From positions 826 to 64,825 of the forward strand of contig SCSV01000081.1 of NCBI GenBank assembly GCA_004297555.1: a stretch of DNA of 64,000 nt, written 5' to 3'. Each line of letters begins with the position of its first letter. Positions within the stretch are counted from its first letter, which is position 1. The DNA comes from Salinibacterium sp. GTDB taxonomy: Bacteria > Actinomycetota > Actinomycetes > Actinomycetales > Microbacteriaceae. A model generated the notes under the pieces. It had not been told where the DNA came from. It made no database searches and saw only the letters and a list, made by a program, of their open reading frames with translations. Shown here one piece after another: positions 33,972 to 43,460 of the stretch. The translations under genes and the position numbers were made by a program.

Positions 33972-34252
33972 GTGTCGAAAGGGTGAGGCTCACCCTGGAC
34001 CAGCTCGACCTCGACAAGAACGTCCTAAAGCAAAGCGCTCTCGAGTTCGCCTCGAACCCGGGGTTCAATGAATGGGTGGATCTGCGCGACCAAATGGCGA
34101 CCGTAGAAGCGCGCCTGAAAACGTTGCTACAGCAGACGCACGAGTCGTCGGTCGACGAGAAGGTGAGGCTTCTGCACGAGCGCGATACTTGGCCCTGGAT
34201 CTACACGCTCAGCGAGGTTGCGTTCCTGATGTCTCCTGACGAGGGCTCCTAG
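33968..34252 (+). CDS. Hypothetical helical protein
   Basis: GTGA coupling; last gene of the rightward operon. Confidence 0.55.
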   Translation: MSVERVRLTLDQLDLDKNVLKQSALEFASNPGFNEWVDLRDQMATVEARLKTLLQQTHESSVDEKVRLLHERDTWPWIYTLSEVAFLMSPDEGS

Positions 34253-35841
34253 AGCTTCATCCACTGCCCGTCGACAGGGAGAGGCCTGCCCGCCACCTTC
34301 ACAGTCGCCCTGCCAGCCCCTGGCCCGCTGGCCTTCACGCGGTTCTCTAGCGAGTCATACTTCACGCTAACCTCGGCAAGATCGGATCCCAGGTCCCAAA
34401 CGGCCACGATCCTCGAGGAGGCCTTCAGATTGAGCGTGGCCGCCTTTCCGTCGATGGTGGCGGTGACGGCGATCCCACCAGCCAGACAGGCCGTAAACGC
34501 GTCCTGGGCACACAGGGCCTGCCAGGCCATGGCCGTGGGCGTGGCCCCCGGCGGGGCGGCTGTCGGAACCGCCGTTGGCGTGGCTGTCGGCACCGCCGGC
34601 ACCGTTGGGACCGGCGTGGGTGGCCTCGTTGGCTCCGGCGGCGCGAACCCCAGCGAACCCCACCAGGTACCCGCAGGCGAAGCGACGTAGATCGCTGCGG
34701 CCGTCACGAGTGTCTGGCTAGGCGCTATCCCCGCGTCCCCCGTCGTGGCCTGCAGCCAGTTCTCGAAGAGCACCGCGGCCCCATCGGCCTGGCGTTTCTC
34801 CCAGACGTAAGGGATCCCGTTCGGCGAGATCCCGGGCGCGCCTACAAACCCCCGCAGGCCAGCGGGGGGCAACCATACGACCAGTGGGGTCAGCGCCGTG
34901 CCGTTGATCGCTAGCAGCGCCACGCCCCTCGAGACGCCGTCCGTGGACGTCGCCTCGACCATCACGTGGTCCCCGACCGCCACGACCCCAACGAGCTGGG
35001 AGAGCGACTGCAGCCCCAAGGCGTTTGAGTCGAACGTGACGAAGGTCTGTGCCTGCAGGTCGACACGTACCAGCAGAGCCCCCGTCGAGTACCAGAGCCC
35101 CCCAAGCGTGATGCCAGAGCTCGAGGGCATCGAGGAGTTGACCGGAACCGTCAAACGGCTCGAGACATAGCTGCCGCCGGCGGCGCCCAGTGTCGTCAGG
35201 TCGGCGCGGTAGGCCCCGGCGACCGAGATCGAGTACCCGACGTATTTCCCGGGACTGGGCTGGTCGACCTCGACCACACCCTTGACCCCTGTCCACGGAG
35301 CTCCAAACTCGCCGCGAAGCTGCCATTTCGAGTCGTAGACAAGCACACCATGCGTCGTCCGGTGCGTCGCGGCGATGATTCGCTCACCATCCTGGCTCAT
35401 GGCGACGCGTGTCACCGTCTCCTGGCCGTCACCGTTCGGCGGATAAGGCGACTTGATGCCGAACTTGAACGACGGCGCCGGAGCCAGGCTCCAGACGTCG
35501 AACCCGTAGGCCTTTTGGGCGATCAGCACGTTTTTGGTGCTAGAGATGGCGATGTTGCCGCTGCCGATCGGGACCGACGACTGGGCCACCGGCTCGAACT
35601 TCGTCAAAACCAGCGACGAACTGACGGCCGGTATTGCAGTCAGGGTGGAGCGTGCGAAGCCCAGCCTCGTGGTGGGCTCGGCCGGCGGCGTGTACGACGT
35701 TGCGGCGCCCGGGGTGACAATGGCCTCCTCGAGCGATTTGGTCGTGACCGGCGTCTGCGTTCGCAGGACCGCGGTTAAGACCCCAAGTCCAACCGCCGCG
35801 CCGAGCCCTGCTGCTGCCGTGGCCTTTGTTTTAGCTTCCAT
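34249..35841 (-). CDS. Membrane-anchored/secreted beta-propeller-like protein with Pro/Thr linker and C-terminal Cys-containing domain (530 aa)
   Basis: GGAGG RBS; N-terminal hydrophobic segment; repeated beta blades; PTRPPTPVPTVPAVPT linker; CAQDAFTACLAGG. Confidence 0.65.
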   Translation of the reverse strand: MEAKTKATAAAGLGAAVGLGVLTAVLRTQTPVTTKSLEEAIVTPGAATSYTPPAEPTTRLGFARSTLTAIPAVSSSLVLTKFEPVAQSSVPIGSGNIAISSTKNVLIAQKAYGFDVWSLAPAPSFKFGIKSPYPPNGDGQETVTRVAMSQDGERIIAATHRTTHGVLVYDSKWQLRGEFGAPWTGVKGVVEVDQPSPGKYVGYSISVAGAYRADLTTLGAAGGSYVSSRLTVPVNSSMPSSSGITLGGLWYSTGALLVRVDLQAQTFVTFDSNALGLQSLSQLVGVVAVGDHVMVEATSTDGVSRGVALLAINGTALTPLVVWLPPAGLRGFVGAPGISPNGIPYVWEKRQADGAAVLFENWLQATTGDAGIAPSQTLVTAAAIYVASPAGTWWGSLGFAPPEPTRPPTPVPTVPAVPTATPTAVPTAAPPGATPTAMAWQALCAQDAFTACLAGGIAVTATIDGKAATLNLKASSRIVAVWDLGSDLAEVSVKYDSLENRVKASGPGAGRATVKVAGRPLPVDGQWMKL

Positions 35842-35861
35842 TCGACCCTCCTTGATGATCA

Positions 35862-36185
35862 TCAGTAAACCTCCGGGATCCAAGCTACAGCGCCATCCCA
35901 CTTCCAAGACACGCGACGATTTCCGCAATCGCACCTCCGCTGCAGGCCGTCCCATTGCCCGCACTCGGTGCAATCGACAGGGAAGTACATCGTACATTCG
36001 ATGCGTTCCTTTAGAGCATGAAGAGCCGCCATTGCCGCACGGTCCTCGCTGAACGACGTCGCCGCCTCTTCGAGACGGTTTTGCCCTTCTGCGTTCAGAC
36101 CGCGTACTACGTTAACGCAGGCAGTCCAGTTTGGTTCGCCCCCGGCTGCGAGCTTGGCGCGTGTCATGGCCATATCATCGCGCAC
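35862..36185 (-). CDS. Zn-binding phage protein
   Basis: CTECGQWDGLQRRCDCGNRRVSW; start uncertain. Confidence 0.6.
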   Translation of the reverse strand: MRDDMAMTRAKLAAGGEPNWTACVNVVRGLNAEGQNRLEEAATSFSEDRAAMAALHALKERIECTMYFPVDCTECGQWDGLQRRCDCGNRRVSWKWDGAVAWIPEVY

Positions 36186-36327
36186 GCGAGGCTCAACGCC
36201 GAAAAACTTATGAAAAGGCGATCACACTCACGCGTCAAGGACGGCGAATCGTCGGGAGTAGCCAAGAGTCGATTCCAGAGGAACAGCGCGGCTGGGAGAA
36301 GTCCGAACCCATGGCCGAAGTAGCTCA

Positions 36328-36600
36328 CTACGCGTCTCCGGCCGGCCTGGCTTCACTTCGAATCCACCACTGCACCGCGTCAGCCGCATCGAGGTACTCG
36401 CTCGACGGAGTCATTGTGATCTCCTGCCCCACGCGATAGGTGCTCCAAATGCATTGCCTGAGATGAGCCGGCAAGCGAAACCAGTGCATCTTGCACCCCC
36501 ACATCGCGGGCGGAACTTGTGCCACGCACCCCGGCCAGTGACAGGAGTGCGAGCGCGTCTGCTTAGACGCGAGGACGTGGCCGACCTTACCGAGCGGCAT
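36328..36600 (-). CDS. Conserved Zn-binding phage protein
   Basis: HSCHWPGC...VPPAMWGCKMHWFRLP..LR..IWSTYRVGQE. Confidence 0.7.
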   Translation of the reverse strand: MPLGKVGHVLASKQTRSHSCHWPGCVAQVPPAMWGCKMHWFRLPAHLRQCIWSTYRVGQEITMTPSSEYLDAADAVQWWIRSEARPAGDA

Positions 36601-36604
36601 TGCC

Positions 36605-36838
36605 TTACTCCTTCGCCGCCTCGACGAGCGCGTGTAGCCCGCCGTGCCTGCTCTCGAGGGCGTGCCGCTGCCTTGCGTTTTCGGCGTCAGACTGCCACAG
36701 GAGATACTTCGCGGTGCAGAATACGCACGGCGGGTCATTCGCGTCGCCACAGTCGCAGCCGAGATTCTCCTCTTCCATGAGCGCTACGGCGTTTCGTAAA
36801 CAGTCTGTGAGCTGCTCCAGGAGCGTGAGGCCGCTCAT
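36605..36838 (-). CDS. Hypothetical protein
   Basis: Coupled ORF; Cys cluster. Confidence 0.5.
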   Translation of the reverse strand: MSGLTLLEQLTDCLRNAVALMEEENLGCDCGDANDPPCVFCTAKYLLWQSDAENARQRHALESRHGGLHALVEAAKE

Positions 36839-37041
36839 TTCGCCGCCTCGACGAGCACAGCCTTGCGTTTACACCGTGCGCATGTGATCGGACCGTCGAA
36901 GCTCCACCGGATCTTGCTCTTATTGTGGCCGATGAAGACCCATGGAGATCGGCACAAGATGTGGATCGCCAGGCCAATACCGACGGTGTTGTTACCATGA
37001 GTGGCGCGGTGGATTGGGGCGCGATGGAGTGGGCGCGTCAC
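36835..37041 (-). CDS. Small Zn-finger protein
   Basis: HILC...ITCARC. Confidence 0.5.
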   Translation of the reverse strand: MTRPLHRAPIHRATHGNNTVGIGLAIHILCRSPWVFIGHNKSKIRWSFDGPITCARCKRKAVLVEAAK

Positions 37042-37304
37042 GACTTGCTCGCCTCGACAAGCGCCAACGCTTGGCGCGAGAGGTCGGTATCGAGCGGGCC
37101 ATTCATCGAGTCAGAGATGAGTAGCCCATCGCGGGCAGCGATCGTCGCGAAGTCCTGAACCCACGCTAGGTCCGAATCGCTCGACATTGCCAATCGGTCC
37201 CTGACATCCGCCCAGAACCGCGCCAACGCGAGCGTGAGCGCGGCATCTGCCTGTCGGCTCCGAATGTCATCCAGCTCGCCTAGGCCAGCCAGCGGGTTAC
37301 CCAT
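37038..37304 (-). CDS. Hypothetical protein
   Basis: Coupled start MGNPL. Confidence 0.5.
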   Translation of the reverse strand: MGNPLAGLGELDDIRSRQADAALTLALARFWADVRDRLAMSSDSDLAWVQDFATIAARDGLLISDSMNGPLDTDLSRQALALVEASKS

Positions 37305-37684
37305 TACCCCTCCCTCTCCGGCTTTGCCGCGAGGTCCCAGTCGGCGCGCTGGAGGGCGTCCTTGATAACAGCACAGGCCCAGCACAGAACGTCAACGTTG
37401 AAACCATCGAACCCGCACGATGAGCCAGAACCATGCCCAGGCAGACACAACGCATCCCTCAGTAGCTCGATCGCCTCGCGCCGGCCCTCGCGCCGGCCCT
37501 TGTCGCGCGCGGCATCCTCCAGGTCACGCCGCAAACAGTCGCCGGCCTGCTTGAGACCATTGCGCTCGGCAGACTTTCGCTCTAGCTCGGTAAGCTGCGC
37601 GTGTTTCCCCGCCTCATACCCGTCCCGTCGCGCCTGCTCGCAAAGCGAGGCGGCCTCGGCAATGGTCACAGTTAGCTCAGCCAC
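37304..37684 (-). CDS. Hypothetical protein
   Basis: GTG start inferred from coupling. Confidence 0.45.
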   Translation of the reverse strand: MAELTVTIAEAASLCEQARRDGYEAGKHAQLTELERKSAERNGLKQAGDCLRRDLEDAARDKGRREGRREAIELLRDALCLPGHGSGSSCGFDGFNVDVLCWACAVIKDALQRADWDLAAKPEREG

Positions 37685-37910
37685 GGGCGCCGCCCTTCGG
37701 ATCCTGCAGCTCGTTCCAAGGGTTGGCACCATCCGTGTCGCGCGACGACACGCTCCCGTTGTTCCTGATGTTAGCCCAGCTCCACGACTCGGCGCCGTCC
37801 ACGTGAAGTTGGAATTGGATTTCATGGCCTGGCAGTTCCGGATGATTCGTAGCACGTAAAATCTTCTGGACGGCGTCAGCGATCTCGCGTTTTTGTCTAA
37901 CACTAAACAT
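37677..37910 (-). CDS. Conserved small phage protein
   Basis: MFSVRQKREIADAVQKILRATNHPELP...LHVDGAESWSWANIRNN. Confidence 0.65.
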   Translation of the reverse strand: MFSVRQKREIADAVQKILRATNHPELPGHEIQFQLHVDGAESWSWANIRNNGSVSSRDTDGANPWNELQDPKGGARG

Positions 37911-37913
37911 GCG

Positions 37914-38189
37914 TCATCCTTCCATCGCCACAAACTCGAAGGTCATCGTCGTGAGCTCAGGATCCGGCGGTGCGAAGCCCGCATGCCTGAAGATGGCCGC
38001 TATACGTGGCCAATTCTCTGGCGGGATAACACGATCTACGGTTGCCTCATCCCGACAGTTAATGCAGAGGTAAATATCCATGACAAGACGAGCGGGCGCC
38101 ATCGGGTTGCGAGAGCAACGCGCCCAAATGATGGGCGTCCATTCCGCTGGCTTACCCGTGGCGCACGCCATCTTGTCACATTTGCGCAT
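37914..38189 (-). CDS. Zn-binding hypothetical protein
   Basis: CDKMAC...LCINC. Confidence 0.55.
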   Translation of the reverse strand: MRKCDKMACATGKPAEWTPIIWARCSRNPMAPARLVMDIYLCINCRDEATVDRVIPPENWPRIAAIFRHAGFAPPDPELTTMTFEFVAMEG

Positions 38190-38190
38190 T

Positions 38191-38820
38191 TCAGCCTCTG
38201 CCAGCCTCGTTCGGAACGAGTGACGCCAGGTACGTATCGATTGTGTTCTGCGATCCCCCCGGGCCGGTCAGAGCATAGCCCAAATCGTTCGATGGGCACG
38301 GACGCTGGAAGAGCCCGACATTGCCCTCGTCGTCCGGAACGATGATGCGGTTGAGCATCAGGAAGATGCAGCAGTCGTGGTCCCATTTGGCCGGGATGAT
38401 TTCCCTGCCCTCCTCGACATCATGCAGCCATTTGTATACCGAGGGCAACTTCGTCCAGGAGACGCCACGATAGCCGAACGGGCTGAACCCGAATCGCGCC
38501 CTCTTGAGCGCCTCGCTGCGGTCGAACGGCGGCGCCAAGAGCGGGAGAACGAGCTGCTGATTGGTCGGATCGTGCTCGGCGCCGAAAACCTGCTTGAACT
38601 CCTCGGCCGTAGGAGGGACGCTCGAGAAGGTGGGCGTCGCCGGAGGCTTCGCGGGCTGCGGATCTGCGTTGATCGCGTCGAGGATGTCTTGCACGCTCAT
38701 CTCGGCCGCGCGCTGCGCCCACGCCGGCAACGGGGATGCCCCTTCTGGCGTGCCGAACCTAGCCATTGTCATGTCGTTCAGGACTATGCCTACAAGCTCT
38801 TTCTGGGTTCCCATCTTCAA
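38191..38820 (-). CDS. Hypothetical protein
   Basis: AGGAG RBS; ORF track. Confidence 0.6.
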   Translation of the reverse strand: MKMGTQKELVGIVLNDMTMARFGTPEGASPLPAWAQRAAEMSVQDILDAINADPQPAKPPATPTFSSVPPTAEEFKQVFGAEHDPTNQQLVLPLLAPPFDRSEALKRARFGFSPFGYRGVSWTKLPSVYKWLHDVEEGREIIPAKWDHDCCIFLMLNRIIVPDDEGNVGLFQRPCPSNDLGYALTGPGGSQNTIDTYLASLVPNEAGRG

Positions 38821-38940
38821 CTCCTTTTAAGCACGGCCGGTGTGACCCGGCCGCCCGGTACGCTCGCGAGATTCTCGTCCCGCGTCAATCGCTGATCGGC
38901 AGCGCGGCCGTCGTCGACACGGAGGCCCGTGGCGACGCGT

Positions 38941-39030
38941 CTATTCGGGTCTTTTGACAATTTCCACGATGACAGAGGCTGCGAAGCAGCCCAGGAAAAA
39001 TCCGACAGCGAACCCCAAGATGTAGTTCAT
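38941..39030 (-). CDS. Small TM peptide (29 aa, MNYILGFAVGFFLGCF...)
   Basis: Read by hand; coupled to upstream stop. Confidence 0.45.
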   Translation of the reverse strand: MNYILGFAVGFFLGCFAASVIVEIVKRPE

Positions 39031-39371
39031 CGCTTCGCCTTCCCGAGCGCCCGAGCGGCGCGACGGAAGTCAGACTTCCCAATCAACGATCGCGCTGTAT
39101 CTAGCCAAAAGCGTCCGACTGAGTCGGTATCGATCGCTGCATCAACGAACGGCCTCAACGCCCTTTCGAGCTGCAGAATGCGGCGTTCCAGCCACAACCA
39201 TTCCGCAACGTGATGGACACGGCAACTTTCAGAGCGACACGGAGTAGAAACTGCCCCGCCGGCACGATGCCGAACGGGGCCTGTGCCGGTAGCGAGCGCG
39301 TTAGCCTCACCTCGAGTCTTGGCGCGTCGATTGAGACGTACTGTTCTTGAGGTTGCCCCGGCATCACTCAT
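39027..39371 (-). CDS. Hypothetical protein
   Basis: C-terminal ILQLERALRPFVDAAI pattern; start uncertain. Confidence 0.4.
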   Translation of the reverse strand: MSDAGATSRTVRLNRRAKTRGEANALATGTGPVRHRAGGAVSTPCRSESCRVHHVAEWLWLERRILQLERALRPFVDAAIDTDSVGRFWLDTARSLIGKSDFRRAARALGKAKR

Positions 39372-39494
39372 GCGATTCTCCTAACGTCCCGGCGCTAGCT
39401 GGGCGGCTCAGCCAACGCACCGGTCCGTTCAAACATAGAGTCCTTTTTTCTCCACGCTCGCCGGTTGCCCGGTCGTCGCGTCCGCCTGGAGCTC

Positions 39495-39701
39495 TCATAC
39501 TTCCGTCCCGGCTTCCGTATATTGGAAGAACTCGTCGCCCGGCTCCATATCTAGCTCGCCGTGCTCATCCGGATCATACCTCTTGCTGCAAAGAAGACCG
39601 GATCGAACCGCAGCATCATGCGCAGCCTCGGCAGTCAGCGGCTGATGCATCGCGACGCACCTTTTTATCATGTTCCAGAAGGTGACGTGTTCCTTGCTCA
39701 T
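39495..39701 (-). CDS. Hypothetical protein
   Basis: ATGA coupling. Confidence 0.5.
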   Translation of the reverse strand: MSKEHVTFWNMIKRCVAMHQPLTAEAAHDAAVRSGLLCSKRYDPDEHGELDMEPGDEFFQYTEAGTEV

Positions 39702-39973
39702 GAGATTGGGGTCAGGTCCTTCAATGATTCCGGGTTCTCGCCCTTGCGGATCGAGTCCGCAATGACGACTGCCTCCTTGAGCATCTGCTTGAGCAGCGTC
39801 AGGTCGGTCATCGCTGGCCACTCGCCAGCCAGAGAGACGCCGGCGCGGGAAGCGTTCACTTCCGGCTCTGGCTCCCACAGCGGGCTCGGTGTCTTGCCAC
39901 CCTCCTGGCGAAGGAGAAGCCTGTGGACTATGCCGTCTGCGATCGTCATCTCTACAACTCTGACTATTACCAT
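39698..39973 (-). CDS. Hypothetical protein
   Basis: AAGGAAAGG upstream; ORF track. Confidence 0.5.
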   Translation of the reverse strand: MVIVRVVEMTIADGIVHRLLLRQEGGKTPSPLWEPEPEVNASRAGVSLAGEWPAMTDLTLLKQMLKEAVVIADSIRKGENPESLKDLTPIS

Positions 39974-40347
39974 GGCCTTCCTTTCCGTGTGTGCGTGAAT
40001 GAATCTGCATTTCCGGAGAACGTCGGTACCTGGGTCATTGTCATGAACTCGTGCTGTAGCCCGATGGTGGCGTTCGACAAACGGCCGCCGTCGTCAGCGA
40101 TCTCGAGTGGAGCGCAGGCGAGAAGATGCGAGCGCAGGACAGCCCCGGGCCGGCCGTCTGTAGCAGCCTGGCGTGCCAGCAGGAGCGAGGCCCGGATGCA
40201 CGACTCCAGGGAGTCGTCTTTGGTCGTAGCCCATACCAAGGCCTTCGCGTCGCTCATGAGCCTGAAATACTCAGGCCCGAGCGTTTCCTTGAGCGCTCGT
40301 CTACGACGAACTATCTTCTCGAAGGCCACATCGGCTTCGTTCATCAC
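39967..40347 (-). CDS. Hypothetical protein
   Basis: GGAGG RBS; coupled to the primase stop. Confidence 0.55.
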   Translation of the reverse strand: MMNEADVAFEKIVRRRRALKETLGPEYFRLMSDAKALVWATTKDDSLESCIRASLLLARQAATDGRPGAVLRSHLLACAPLEIADDGGRLSNATIGLQHEFMTMTQVPTFSGNADSFTHTRKGRPW

Positions 40348-43202
40348 CCCTCCGGCCAGCACGTTGTGCAAATTTGAGTGTTAGTTTTCTTGGACAACCT
40401 GAACTCGGTCCCATCGCAGGATTTGCACTGGAAACGCTCGATGCCCTTGATGACTCTCCAGACCCTGACGCCCTGAGCAGTCCCTGCCGCCCTGATCTGC
40501 ATGCCGCGCTCGATTCTACCAACATTCTTGATGACGTAATTGGTGAACGTGCGCGGGTTGATTTCGCGTCCAGCGTGGTCGCCGGCGCACTGTAGCAGCG
40601 TCTGCCTGAGTTCCTCGTTCGAGGAGATGTTCGCGCATTTCATGACGTCGGTTAGTGTCACCGGGCGATCGTTGAAGACGTTCCACCACTGCAACATCAC
40701 CTCACCAAGATAGCTGCGAGTCGAATCCTTGTCCTCGACCTCGCGTCGACTGTCTGCAGGGTCTGGCATGCCGTAGGCGACGATTGTGCCCGCCACCATC
40801 GCCTGCCACTCGCCAAAGCCAGCCCAGTTTTTTAGATTGGGTCTATATACCCCAAGGCAACCGCTGCGATGCGCGACCAGAGTCGTCAGTGCGGCGGCCA
40901 CCAGTTCGGCACGATGCTTCAGGGCGTAGGCCGCAATGTCGCGCGTGAACGTCCGTTCCTCGGGATGCTCGAGCTGGGGGTCCAATCGCGATAGCAGCAC
41001 GCGGACCGTGATGTCTCCGGTGAACGTCAGGTTGTTGCCGGTAGCCAGGAAAGTCGCGTTCGTGGGTGCATAGACCTGCCGAGATTCACCGAGAATCCGA
41101 TCGCTGACCACCTGTTGCGTGAGCGCCTGGCAAATCGCCGGATCACCAAAAGGTCGCTCGATGTTGTCGTAGCAGATGACTGCGTCGCCGCCGAGCAGTA
41201 CCGCAAGTAGTCGCTTCTTCTCTTCCTCTGGTCGAAGTGCGTTTGGAGGCAGGACCGGGCACGGACGTCCGGTGGCCAGTAGGGCGACGACGTCAGCCAG
41301 CATCGTTTTCCCGGTCCGCATCTTCGGAGCTGTGAACGCATGCATCGGCGCGCTCGGCAGGCTCTTGCGAACCAGCGCTGTCAAGATGGCGCTGATCGCG
41401 ACGCTGCGATCGACCTTCGAGACGAACGGAAACTCCTCGAGGAGGTCCGTGAGTCGCGTCATCGCCGCGCGCGCCTCTTCGATCGTCGGCTTTTCACTGA
41501 TCGGCGAGAACTGCGCTTGCCCAGGATCGTAGACCAGCCCCGTGGCCTCGTCGTAACCAGGGTCCTGCAGGATCGACCCGTCCGGTCGGATCGTCGGGGC
41601 CTCGATGATCCCCAGCATCGGTCTTGCCGTCCACTCGCCCGCCATCGACAGCAGAACCGAGCAGACCTGCTCCGGCGCGTCGCAGGCCACGAGCTCCTGG
41701 CTGCGCGTTTCTATCTTGCGCCAGTGGGCCGCCGCAGTGAGACGGGCCAGCAGGTAGGGCGTATCGAGGGGCCTGATGACCAACGCCCCAATGGGTCTCT
41801 CGACCTCTCCGGAGCGCCGTAGCGCCAACGACTCTGTTCGGTAGAGCCTGACGAGGGTGCCTGTCCTCTGATAGACTTCGGCCCCAGCAGAAGAGATAAG
41901 GGCGGCCTCCGCGGCCACGACTGTCTCGTGTAGCTTACCGGGCTCGATCACGATCGTCGGGGCTCCCGGGCGGTCTGGGCCCTCTCGCTTCACGAGCGAG
42001 AGGAGCTTGCGTCTAGGGTTCGCGAGGCGTAGCGCCTGCTTCAGGACGGTCTTCGAGATTTTCCGTTCATAGGCCAGGCGGTTGCTCAGAATCTCACGTT
42101 CGACGGGATCCGCGATGAGCGCGAGCACCGGGATGATCTTGTCGTGGTGCTCCCCAGACGTCAGCATCGCCCTAACGGCGTCAGCCGGGGCCGCTACGGG
42201 AGCATCGTCCGGCTCCGGCTCTTCCAGCTCCGGCGCCTTGGCCGCCGGCCGCGGAACGGCACCTCTCGGGCTCGCGCCGCGCCCGTCCTTCTCGAGCAGG
42301 AACCCGATCGGCAACTTAGAGTCGTGCGTCGCGCCCTCGATCTTGTGGATGAGCTCGTCGTCGGACCACGGCGGGATGCACCGCGGATTGTAGGCCTCGG
42401 CCAGTACCTCGAACGCCGCGCTCGGGGTCAGGTTGAACCCTCGCACGACCTTGATGGCTGTATTCCACGTGTCGTGGTGTCCGTTCTGCCCGCTGACGGC
42501 ACCATCGATTTTCTCGCAGTAGCGTTTCGCCCTGAAGATCCGCTTTTCGAGATCATCATCCGACGGTGTCCTGTTGGCCTTGACTACGTGCGCTCGCTTC
42601 GGCGGATCGACCTTCTTCTCGATCGGATGCGCAGTGAGTACCTCGTCAATTGTATATTTGAGCTGCGGCCGAACATCAACCAGGTCTACGCGAAACGGTT
42701 GACCCTTCTGATGCCAGAACCCCGGGATCCGCATGACCCGGTTGAGGCCGAGAATGTTGGTGTCCGACTTGTAGTACGCGGCAAGGTGTAGCAGCGCAGG
42801 AGCGAAGCGCTCCAGTAATTCGCCTGGCTTCAATAGCCAATAGCGATGCAGACCATGCCCGGAACGAACCACGATCGACGGCTGCAGTGGGGTCTCGCGA
42901 GCTTCTCCGTCATCGTGGTCCACGAACAGCGCACGGAGTCCGACTACGTTCGCGAGCTTCCTGCCCTTCAGGTCAGTTTCCGAGATTGTCAAATACGCGC
43001 CGGCCCCCGCCTTGTTCAGCGCGACGAGCTCCTCGAAGTTGGAGGCCAGCGTCCCGTGGAATACGCGGGCGACATCCTTCCGATCCTTGACCGAATCATG
43101 GAAAGTCTGAAACGTGCAGGGGGCGGCCGGAGATCCGGCAAGCGCCGCGATGAAAACCGCTGCTGCTCTGTAGTCCGGTTGAATCACCGACTCACCGTCC
43201 AC
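40344..43202 (-). CDS. Primase-helicase (RepB-like prim domain, primase C-terminal domain, P-loop NTPase, C-terminal wHTH)
   Basis: FVDHD, SIVVRSGHGLHRYW, NRVMRIPGF; NPRCIPPWSDDEL; Walker A APKMRTGKT; CYDN. Confidence 0.85.
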   Translation of the reverse strand: MDGESVIQPDYRAAAVFIAALAGSPAAPCTFQTFHDSVKDRKDVARVFHGTLASNFEELVALNKAGAGAYLTISETDLKGRKLANVVGLRALFVDHDDGEARETPLQPSIVVRSGHGLHRYWLLKPGELLERFAPALLHLAAYYKSDTNILGLNRVMRIPGFWHQKGQPFRVDLVDVRPQLKYTIDEVLTAHPIEKKVDPPKRAHVVKANRTPSDDDLEKRIFRAKRYCEKIDGAVSGQNGHHDTWNTAIKVVRGFNLTPSAAFEVLAEAYNPRCIPPWSDDELIHKIEGATHDSKLPIGFLLEKDGRGASPRGAVPRPAAKAPELEEPEPDDAPVAAPADAVRAMLTSGEHHDKIIPVLALIADPVEREILSNRLAYERKISKTVLKQALRLANPRRKLLSLVKREGPDRPGAPTIVIEPGKLHETVVAAEAALISSAGAEVYQRTGTLVRLYRTESLALRRSGEVERPIGALVIRPLDTPYLLARLTAAAHWRKIETRSQELVACDAPEQVCSVLLSMAGEWTARPMLGIIEAPTIRPDGSILQDPGYDEATGLVYDPGQAQFSPISEKPTIEEARAAMTRLTDLLEEFPFVSKVDRSVAISAILTALVRKSLPSAPMHAFTAPKMRTGKTMLADVVALLATGRPCPVLPPNALRPEEEKKRLLAVLLGGDAVICYDNIERPFGDPAICQALTQQVVSDRILGESRQVYAPTNATFLATGNNLTFTGDITVRVLLSRLDPQLEHPEERTFTRDIAAYALKHRAELVAAALTTLVAHRSGCLGVYRPNLKNWAGFGEWQAMVAGTIVAYGMPDPADSRREVEDKDSTRSYLGEVMLQWWNVFNDRPVTLTDVMKCANISSNEELRQTLLQCAGDHAGREINPRTFTNYVIKNVGRIERGMQIRAAGTAQGVRVWRVIKGIERFQCKSCDGTEFRLSKKTNTQICTTCWPEG

Positions 43203-43235
43203 CCGTTCCCCCTGGCAGCGTCGACTTCCAGGATT

Positions 43236-43460
43236 TCATCTGACTCCTCTCCATGTCTTACCGATGATGATGTTGCGAACGGTCGTGATTGAAACGCCGT
43301 GAAGGTCTGCCACGAGCTGGAGAGATTTCCCGCGCCTGACCTGCGCTCTGATGTCCGGCACGTCTTCTGTCGTTAGCTTGGAAGCGTGATGCGCCTCTCC
43401 GCGCCGGCGTTTATCGGGAGTTTTCGATTTGCTGTATTTTTTCAATACGCTGTATTTCAC
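43236..43460 (-). CDS. Stand-alone HTH like the DNA-binding tail of HNH endonucleases
   Basis: RGEAHHASKLTTEDV..IR...VADLHGVSITTVRNIIIGKTW. Confidence 0.6.
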   Translation of the reverse strand: MKYSVLKKYSKSKTPDKRRRGEAHHASKLTTEDVPDIRAQVRRGKSLQLVADLHGVSITTVRNIIIGKTWRGVR

